From NCBI GenBank assembly GCA_040954595.2, contig CM082596.2, forward strand, positions 6,150,791 through 6,214,790: a stretch of DNA of 64,000 nt. The letters run 5' to 3'. Both the position numbers and the translations under genes were made by a program. The notes under the pieces were generated by a model. It had not been told where the DNA came from, searched no databases, and saw nothing but the letters and a program-made list of their open reading frames with translations. Position 1 is the first letter of the stretch. Each line of letters opens with the position of its first letter. Shown in pieces: positions 50,801 to 61,140 of this stretch. The stretch comes from Balanoglossus misakiensis. Lineage: Eukaryota > Animalia > Hemichordata.

Positions 50801-52899
50801 CGCATTTGAGCACGATTATGAATCCGAACCACACTGAGGCATTACGTGATAATATCTATAAGAGCGAGGAGCGGAAATGTACAGCGAATTTCTGACTGCT
50901 AAATTGTCAGTAATGGACAAGCAATGTTACAGTGAAACAGACACAGATTACTTTTTTTCTCCCTTCCATGTGAAATGACTCCAAACAACGCACGGTGTAA
51001 TTGGATTTTAGGGTCCACGGTGACATGTACGCCGTCTCCTTCTCTAAATAATTGACAGAAAGCACCGAAAAATCTTTCACCGAGATATAGCTGGGGTCGT
51101 GGCATCCTTGTCAAATGAACCCCATTCTAACTTGTTTTCCTTCGAGTATGATATTTTAAAATCCCTTTTTGTTCGGTTTGAGTGCGGCAGCCTATTAAAG
51201 TGTCGATCGTATGACAAGCTCCACTGTACAAGATACCGAATAGGTTTCTCCTTCGACATCTGTAAGGGACAGTCAATTATTCTGCAGGGGTAGGGACTAT
51301 CTCGCACGCCAATATTTTTTCTGGGAGTATGTCAGGTAGATGTAAAGGGCGGACATACATACATATATACATAGCGAGAGAGAGAGAGAGAGATAGCTTT
51401 CAACACTGTAATTTGAGTGCAATTGGCAAACATGAAATCGACACCAACCACCGAATCAAAGGTTCACCAAGGTTATGCTAACTCCTGTCACATTTTGAAA
51501 CGATGGTTTACTTTCAACATGTAACCAAACACAATCGCATGAGGAGCGCAGACGACACATGGAATGACCTACGCCAAGGTACTGGTTAATGCAAGTTGGT
51601 GATGTCTGCCTGTGACAGTGTTTCTTTGCTTGTATCTGATTGTTTTCAGAGGAACAGTGAATATACTAAAAGATGATCTACGGAACATATTTTATTGTTT
51701 CCCCCACCGCATGCTGCTGGCCACCACCATTATACTTATATAAACGCTTATCGATTAATCCGACAGCTCAAGGTTAATCCTGGTCGCGTTGACATATATG
51801 GCAGCAGATGGGTTTTGGGCGGACATTTCTGTTCGCTGTCCCTCTTTTTTGGGGACAAGAATTTGTCTACTTTTTGCACCACGTGGCTCAGATGATAGAC
51901 TCAGAGTCTTAAGTACTATCGACTGTCTTCCAAAAAAACGAGGTCCCATCAGCCGAGCAGCCGAAATGATGCGACAGCTCGCGTTTTCAAAACGGGGCAT
52001 TATCGACGAAATGTCAACGCAAAGCAGGGGCGATTGAAAAGAAGACAGCAACTGGCTCGTCATCTGTGCGCCATATGCGCAGAACAAAGGCAGAAGTCGC
52101 CGGGTATTCATCACCAAAGACCTGTTTTGCTTAATAAGATAAAAAACGGAGACAAAACATCGGCAGATGTCGGTTGACTTTTAGATGGAACGCCTGATAT
52201 TCTGTCACGAAATGTCGAGTATTTGATATCAAGAAATGAGACAGTCCGACAATAGATCGATACGGCGATTTGCTGGAGTGGTTTGAGATCGCCCGAGAAC
52301 GACGCATGCGTGGTTATGGAAGAGCATGCGCGATGTTCACGACCCGTGACTGGAGTATAGTATAGTTTGTTCAATTCGTACAGCTTCGTCATACACCACG
52401 CAGTCTGGAAAATCAATGTCTAACCCTGCGAGAATAAAATCTATTTGAAACGCAATCCCAACTTGAAATAGACACCGTCTTTACCGAACACAATGGCGCG
52501 CAAATAGCACGTTGAAGACCGCTGGGATTTGAGATGTAAATATGAAATGTACACGTCGAAATGGCACAAGTGAAACGGACAGATATCCGTGGATTATGTT
52601 CCTTGGTAGAAATTAACACATTTACATGTACTGACAGAGCTCTAAATGCCAAGGTGAGCTTTAATGGAATCTGACAAGCGCTTGCTGATCCCCTGCAAGG
52701 GGTAGTCCAACTATTTTCAGACGCAGTGCGGCCCAAGTTCATAACGTCAACCAATGTGTACTCCAATTATTGACCCATTTGTGTGTCGGATTTTTCGTGA
52801 AGAGGTCTCAAAAATGTGCACGTGGTTAACTGTGTGTATTTTCAGCATACCATGCTGAAATGCTGTCACCATTCAACCCACACTCTGCATGCGCATGGC

Positions 52900-52963
<64 letters not shown>

Positions 52964-53028
52964 TGATGGTAATGATGATGATGGTGATGATGATGATGAT
53001 GTGATGGTAATGATGATGATGGTGGTGG

Positions 53029-53078
<50 letters not shown>

Positions 53079-53135
53079 TCAGTGATGATAGTGGTAGCGA
53101 TGGCGACGATGATTACAATGATGATCACGATCGCC
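52900..53135. repeat. Compound (GAT)n microsatellite with degenerate 3' part
   Basis: Pure GAT runs interrupted by GTGATGGTAATGATG units at 52963 and 53001 (38-bp period), decaying towards 53135. Confidence 0.95.
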
Positions 53136-54443
53136 ATCACACCGCATTGCCCACAGCGGTTTTGTTAATATTGCACTTTTCATTCGACCGTCACTAGCAA
53201 CATATTAAGTGACAAGTAAATCTCCTTCTGTTGTCAGAATGTCAATACCCGGTGCCTTGTTGAATAGAGACACATCTGACAAATCCCTTGTCGAGTTCTA
53301 CACTGACAAACGCCTGTCTTATTAACTGGTCTCCAACGCGAGCGTTTCCGTGTGTATGCATCGATTCTTGTGAAAGAGAAGGAAATCGACCACATTATGT
53401 ATGGATGCGACGGCGTACTCATATATTAGCCAAAATGCTGATTGTCAGATTGAATGAAAGTCCTGATTTTAATTTTGAGAATTACAATGGCTTTCGAATT
53501 CAACCTGCATTAGCAACCCGCGAGTCAGTCAATTGTGGGGGGAAACCTCATTAACGAATCGATAGAGTTCCTATGCTATGATAGCTTAAGTCAGAACGGT
53601 GAACCTCGTTGACCCCAGACGCTTCGTTCGCGTCCAATTTCGCCTTTATCTGCGATCTCAATTCGTCGATAATTTGCTCGTGGTTGGCTTTCTATGGGAG
53701 CGCCTCTCGTTTCCACGGCAAACATTGACCTGGTGCCCCAGAGCAAATTTTCCCAACAGACTCCTCCAATTGTGCGCGAGGAAATTAGACCCAGCGAAAC
53801 GCGGCGCTGACACCGCGCTTAAACACAAACGGGATTAATGCGTCATTATCTACTCATTTGCCGGAGTTATGCAGACAATTACGGATCTGATGACGGCAAA
53901 ATTAAAATTTTCTCGTCTGAGCCTCGGCTGACTGCTTCTCCTTTGTGGCGGGGCGATCAGTGCTGTCGTCTCTTTCTTTCCTCTGAAGTGAGAATCGGTG
54001 CCACCAGCTTCCTTCCCTTCGTCTAAATCCGGGCACTTTTCAGCGCAGATTACAGCTGTTTGCCGCAACACCCGAAAATGAGTTCTTTAAGTGAGGTTTC
54101 TACCAAGAGGTATAGACCGAGATATTTGTCGGTTTTTATCTTAGCAGGCTGAAAAGCTTCAACAATTTTCCCGCCTGGTCCTCTATGACGTGATATACCA
54201 CAGTGAATACATCAAGCCTATAATAATATCCCCTTGTACAGCTATCTTTTACTTGTTGCACACATTCAAATTCAACTGCTTTCGGTACTGCTTCATGCAA
54301 GAGCATTAGGAACACTATAGCAAAATCGGAAAATGTTCCCATGTTTTTCTTCAAATAACAGATGGAGAGTGATTTTTCTTCTGTGGCCGGTTACGTAACC
54401 GGCTCAATCGCTCGGGTACAATCACCAAATATTGGAAGATTCT

Positions 54444-54646
54444 CTTCCTGGTGACATTTATACTAGAATGCTACATGTCACCTGCGGCAATAACGCCATC
54501 TTGAGAATCGCACGGGTTTGTGGGATTTGCGCAGTTTGACTCCCCAGCACTGTGGTTGGGATATATGCCCCACAACCCAATGCGGTTTCCAAGATGGCGG
54601 CGTTACAATAACAAATCTTACCTTGGCAGCAAAATGTGATCAGGGA
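54444..54646. repeat. Degenerate long inverted repeat, probably an old palindromic non-autonomous element
   Basis: Arm TAACGCCATCTTGAGAATCGCACGGGTTTGTGGG (54491-54524) pairs imperfectly with CCCACAACCCAATGCGGTTTCCAAGATGGCGGCGTTA (54568-54605). The outer segments TTCCTGGTGACATTT and AAATGTGATCAGGGA match at 12 of 15 positions. Confidence 0.6.
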
Positions 54647-54966
54647 CTTCCGTCACGTAATCCTGAAGATGTGAAAACGAACTGCAAGTGACACCGCTAT
54701 TTGGATCGTAGTGTAGGTTAGTGATACCCCAAAATACTTCAGTCTTTCTTGCTGGTGGGTAAATGCTGAAGGGAGTAGCTGTGGTACGCAGCTGTACCGT
54801 TGCCCGACCCCCCCTCCCACGGTACAGCTGCGTAACATAGCTATGGCGGGAGATGATGATTCAAGAACACAGAATGTGAACCATTTGTAAATATCAATCT
54901 TCTAGTTCTTCAACAGTCGTCTGCGCTTTCAAACATTATCGGCGCAACCGTTTACACAAATAAACG

Positions 54967-55035
54967 CTCTCTCTCTCTCTTTCTCGCTCTCTCTCTCCCC
55001 CTCTCTCTCTCATCACGCCCTCCCTGTCTGTCTCC
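54967..55035. repeat. (CT)n simple repeat
   Basis: Imperfect CT dinucleotide tract. A similar pyrimidine-rich tract lies at about 56855-56940 and a purine-rich one at about 8000-8140. Confidence 0.8.
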
Positions 55036-58000
55036 CAGTTTAGCACACAATATTTGAGCCAACCCCGGGAGCCAACCACAAGAATCGAACGTTTTGCATT
55101 CGCCAAAACAGACCCTGGGACGAACTATGTTTTGGCGATTTCATCACTTCCCCAGGTAGGATATTTTCTATAGATACATTCATCATCATAACGCCAGACA
55201 ATCTACAAACCAGTTTGATGCATACAATTGATATATCGAAAAGTTTTTGTGGCAGTTTTTCTTACGGGTCAATATTTTCCTGGAGCGAGTCTTCAATCTT
55301 TTATATAGGGTTCAATATCAGGGGAATAATATTTGCTTCCATGACTAGCGTGGGTCGGTGGACATTGCTGAGTGATTGACGAAGCATCTCTGTGTTTATT
55401 TTCCATGAGTAGAATGACGTTTGTTTGGCATTTTCGTGTAAAAAGGGTGGCGGTTGTTTTCACTTAGACACGGCCATATGCCGACAGGGTGATTCAATAT
55501 GGGCAAAACAAGGATCCTTTAGGGGGCGGCGCAGATGTACGCGTGCGCGTGGCCGCTCGAAAACAAACCCCAGCTGGTGCGCAACTCGAACCGGTCCCTG
55601 CCCCGTGATTGGAACCATCTGAAATCACCGTGTAACCGTGTGAATGAAACCCCGAGAATGGCCGGCTGCGCAGTAGTAGAGATCTTATTCTACAGATTCC
55701 ATGACAGCTTTGCTATGGGTGGCATAATCAGACAGACCCCGGTGCTTTGCATGTTGCGCTCCGTCATCATCAGAGGAGCTGCTTGGGTCACCAATCGCAA
55801 CCGCTCTCCATGAAACCATGACAACCATCGTGCGACCACAATTCCTTAGAATACCCCCATCATCTGGATCAGCAGAAACGGGAATTCACAAAAACGAACT
55901 GCACATGCAGGGACTACTATAGATGAAACACCAAGCTGTTACCTAATTCTTCCATAACACTTGTACCAGAGCCTTCGGCTGACCCCCCCCCCCACACACA
56001 CACTCACATACTATCATGATGCCATGTGTGTTATATAGACGGTCTCAGCTATCATACAACAGATGGAGACCTGGGGCGTTATTTTCAAAGCCTCCGTAAG
56101 CATGAACAAGTGATAGACTCTTTTATCACATTTGCTTTACTTCCTGTACGTCAATGAGTGAACTCCGTTTCCTTATTCGCCTTCTGAGCGAGGTCTTTTT
56201 TCGGTCTCAGACAACCACGCTTGTGAAAGCTGTCTAAGGGAGATTTCAGTTATTATGAGGGCGGGGTGGACCAAGGGAAATTGCGGGCGGTCCATCATGT
56301 AAAATATGACCCTCCCCGTTTCCTCTGGCCCTGTCCCTCATTAACTGCCCAAGCGACCATAGTTGGTATATCAAACAAAATTGGGGGGGGGGGGGGTTGT
56401 CAGAGTAACAGCTATTGCCCCTTTATATAGGGCAATAATATCCAAATATTTTCCAGGAGACCCTTTTTTTCTCTTAATACATAATACACATGATACGAGA
56501 TGCAGTCGATGGCTAAACACGCCGCCGCATGCCCGACATAGTTTTCCGGGAAAACATATCCTTCTCCAGCAGCTTGATCAATATTCCCACGGCGTTGTCA
56601 GGGCAACCGAACGAGGAGCAGTCGCATTTGCAGACAAAGCCACCGCGCCGCCCACAAAGATTTCCAAATTATATCGAAAAGGATAACTTGCCAAACGTAA
56701 GTGGCGGTGTATTTTTCCCTCAATCTGTGGTGTGCGTTCTTTGCAAGCTCGTTGTCACGAGAAATGCCTCAGTCTAATCTACGTCAGATGTATGTCATCC
56801 TACCGCTTGCAGTCAGCGTGTCAAAAGTATGGATAGTAAATTTCATAAATGGTCTGTGTGTGTGTCCCCCTCTCTCTGTGTCTCCCTGTGTGTCTGTCTC
56901 TCTGTATCCCCCTATCTCTCTCTCACTCGTTCTCCCCTGCAATACAGAATGGGTAAATCATAACTCGAACTTGAGTACAAGCTGTTGTTTCCTATTCTAT
57001 TCACATGGTTCGGCCGTCTTACTTATGACGCTTTGTTGGTCAGCCGACTTGGAATAAGGCACAGGAGGCGCAAAAAGACAGCAACGAGTTGCGGATATTT
57101 TACGCCAGTATTGGGTTGTGGTTTTTCCCCGTTTGAAACAAAAGGGAGCTAATTAGAACGTCTCGATCGCAGAAGGGGACTTCGGAAGAAGGCGAGAAAA
57201 TCACAACGACGACAGACGGCTCTGTGGCGAGAACGATGAAACTTGTGAACACGAGGAGTTTGGGAGGAAAGACGGGGAGAGGAGTGTTTGTTCGGCTCTC
57301 CAGCGAATACTTCAAAGGACAACTCGAGAACAAGTGACGGAAATCACATGATGGTAGTTCGTCCTTTACTTTGGAGATCCGCGTCTTCCCCGAGTCGTCA
57401 GATTCCGTCCTAATTAGACGCAATCTGTTCCAGTTTGCAGAAACGCTTGGTCAACAGTTACTAGTATGTCGAATGATGTAGAATACTCAGAGATTAGAAG
57501 TTGCAACCACTTGGTCTTGATGGAAAAAAAAAGTTGTCTGTCGCATGAAATACCAACTGGTGAAATATCCGCGTTTTTATTTTTTTTCGTTCACGGAGTT
57601 GGTGTCTATATATACCAGATATTGATTGATACACTTACACACTGGGAATTGTTCAAGACTGGCTGACAGTACGAATCAGAAACCAAAGTGTTTCGCGGTG
57701 CTCTAGAATGACGCAAAGTACTTCAGGTTCACGGAAAAGGGTCCACGTGCTTGACCTCGTGACATAAACTTGACACAACATCCATTAATGCACTGGGATA
57801 TGTACTTGACGAAGACAGGCTTTTGTATAGCAATAAAGTTTCAATTTATTTTTGGTTCAAAACTTCGCATCAGCCACCTTTGAATTCTATTCCATTCGCC
57901 AAAACGTTTTTTTTATTTAATTCAGTTGTTGGAATAAATAGTTAAATTAGGTAGATAAGATAAGTGTGTATTGATAATGTTGCTACAGACGCATTCTATT

Positions 58001-60659
58001 TTTGTATTCGACTCGATCTGGGAAAAATGGGTCGGATAAGACTTATTACAAGCTTTCACAATTTATCAATATAAAAACACTCGAACATGCGAAACGCATT
58101 AAGTCGTAGCCTAGATCTATAATAGCAGTTTTGCTACGCCACGTTGAAAGTCACGCGAGACATTGCGGGAGTTTCTTTTATACGAAAAGTCATTGCTCGT
58201 TACTCGTAGCACGGCCAGCCGTTTCCAGTTTGGAATTCCACTCCCGACTGCGTGGTATACTCGGGAATTTCTTATACTAAAAGTAATCTCGCGTTTGCTT
58301 TGAAATTAATTTCTCGTTCTCCCCGGTTTGGCTTTTCAGCGGGAGGCGACTGCAAATGGGAGGTCATCACCTTGGCGCGCGGCGGTTGGTCCTCGGTGCC
58401 ACTCGATGCAATAAGAGAAAATTGGCCGGTAAAGACGCGGGAAAGAGGGGGGGGGGGGATTGCGTCACGCGATTTGGAAGTCCTCATAAGAAAAATATCT
58501 AAGTGATACATCATCTCCAGTCACTTGACTGGTCGATTTCATCTGCGCTTGCGCGAGAACAATAGCTCAAAGACATTGTTGAATGATAATTATTTGTTGT
58601 TTTCCGCTTATATTTTGTACCGATATCAGCCACTCTTAATTCCCAAACCTCTCGTCAAAGAAAACCACAGAAAAAAATAAAGAATGATCACGTTTTGGCA
58701 TATAGAGAAAGAGAACGTATTTCTGATACAGCAGAAACAGACATATACACACTTGAACTCGCCCATTCTCCTGGGTACGAGTTCCTGTCGTCTGTTTCCG
58801 GTTTTTTACCTCGTGTTCCCACTCGACTAATTTTTCCTGTCGGCGAGATTACTTTTCACGAGCGAAGATGTTTACAAGTACAGGCACGAACAAATTCGCC
58901 CCTGGAAGTGCCATCCGCGCAACCCGGATGCTCCGTCTCCTAGGAAACGACGCTCCTCTTTCGCCGCATCCGCCGACGCGTTGCCCATGACAGCGCAAAA
59001 AAGAAAGAAGCAGTGCTTCCGACCTTGCACTTTATCTAATGGAAGAACAAGCTATAAAAAAGCTTAATACTGGAGATGCTGTTTGCACAACTAAATCTAT
59101 CAGTCTGCATCATAAAGGATTCTGCTGCTACATTAGAAATGTTGAACGTTTTAATCTAAAATGAAATTATTAAAGACGTGACATTTTGTTCGAAAGAGCA
59201 CACAGACGACATTTATTTAATGGACCGGCAGCCAAGTTTGTGCCACTCATTTCACGGTTTACAAGACTCCCGTCTACAGACCTATTCACTTGACGGCCAA
59301 AAGTACACGGTGTCAGAGCCCTCGGCAGACCTGATGAATATTTATCAGGTTATGATTGACAACGCTTTTTTTCTTTTATAACGTTAGTGTAATTGTGTTC
59401 TGTATCTTGCAGATGACATTTTCAACTAATGTTATAAATATGACAGTATTACTGTCTTGAAGTGGGGCAATCGCATTAACAGATCCCCTGACAAGCGACT
59501 GTCTCTGTCAATTTTTGTCCGAGCCGTCACCTTCGATCGAACCTGTCGGATCACTTCTGGTACCGTCGTTGGTTCTACAATAGACGAGTGGTGGGACTGT
59601 ACGTCTTGCCTTCAAATTGCATACAGAGTCATCCACTCGAAAATATACTTTGAAATGTCAAGAATGCGACTGACATGAATGCTGTCGTTTCAATATTAAT
59701 TTCGGTGTCGTCAAGTAGGTCTGATCTGCACTTATTGTAATTAGATATTTGGGCCGAGATGACCTGGAATAACTTTATCGGCGGCGTGGTCTACTTTTCG
59801 ACTGGCCTGGTTAAGTTTTGGTCTCGATTTGGCAGGTTGGTTTCGGTTGTGACGAAATTGAACCGGCCTGTTCTGGTCTCTTAGATGAAAAAAACAACAC
59901 GGGTTACTTCTGTGGGTGCGGTCGGGCATTGCGTATTTTGGTAAAGGGGTGGCCAGTGTACTATTGGCCGATTGGCACATTAAAAAATGGTTACCTTGGA
60001 CTTGTAATCGTCGCTTCGTTTGATGTTTCAAATGGTCGCCATTTTATGTGAGCAATGTACATCAGGTATGGGTTACTCACAGCAAAAACTAAAAGTCGAC
60101 TTTTCAACTGTTGTTGGGATATTTTTGGTTGGCGATTTTTAATCTGGGTTTAGCGAAGACTGATGATTGTCCGACACTCTTTGTAAGAGATACAGGACCA
60201 TAAGTATTGTAAAAAACTCTTCTTTATCATTTATCATTTATGATTCACAAAATTATCAGACTATTCGGCAAAATTCTTTTATGATTTTTCATGCAGTCCC
60301 TACTGTATTAAGCAACTCTTTTCCAGCGCTCGTAGGATCACCATGGCAACGAAAGATATGACGACTCCTTTCCCGGAAATGGCTAACGGCAACTTGGTGT
60401 TGGAAGAATCAAATAATCACAATTATTCAAGCGTACAAAGGAAAGAAATGGTTTTGTTTGGGGTAATTTGGTTAACATGGAGTCCTTTAGACTTGCGGGC
60501 GCTCTTTTGGTTGCATTTTTATAATTCCGTGTCTTTCAGAGTCGGAACGCGCAGCCTTCAGTTCCAATTTGTCTGTGGTCGTGTTCAATGTTCGTCATTC
60601 AGCACTGTAAAGGAAAAGAGTAATCTGTCTCTGGTCTAGAAGCGAGCTCGATGAAAGGG

Positions 60660-61140
60660 TGACCGGTTCGCTGAAGCGAAGGCTTCGCATATCTCGCCGC
60701 GAGATCTTCTGGCTCGCGGGCGAAGTTTTTACAAGAAATACTATCAAACGACATCTCTAGTAGTATCGACATGAAACCAAGCTGGTGAAATCAAATGGGA
60801 TAATGGCTCCATTTAAAACGGCATCAGTTCCGCGGGCTGTCTTGCCTTTCCACAAGACGTGTGTCATTGCCAAAATTGTTCTCATCGACTGGAAATCTAT
60901 CTAGATAGCCCTCGCCCGCTCCTGAAGGGCGATTTTTTGTCTTCGATCTGACAGGTTCAGCGGTTCGGTGCATCCACTCGCGGGTGACGTCACGGCGCGG
61001 CGCTCAATGCCTCCATCTCTTTTGTCTCCGCCCCGGTCGCCCCGGCAACCCGAAGCCCGGGCTCCCCGCATCAGCTGGCTGGCAGAACGCCTGAATGCGC
61101 CGTATTGTTGCGCGCAAAATTAAATCCGCGCTACACGAAA
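60660..61140. promoter_or_regulatory. CpG/GC-rich promoter-like or enhancer element with no adjacent CDS
   Basis: CRE TGACGTCA (60985-60992), GC box CCGCCC (about 61028), X-box-like GTCGCCCCGGCAAC (61036-61049) and very high local CpG. Confidence 0.45.

Noticed and set aside
8316-51462. TCF/LEF sites (CTTTGAT/ATCAAAG) as evidence of Wnt feedback
   Set aside because: About a dozen seen, roughly what a 7-mer of this composition gives by chance in 64 kb. No clear clustering.
52816-53140. Poly-Asp, poly-His and poly-Ile ORFs
   Set aside because: Translations of the (GAT)n microsatellite.
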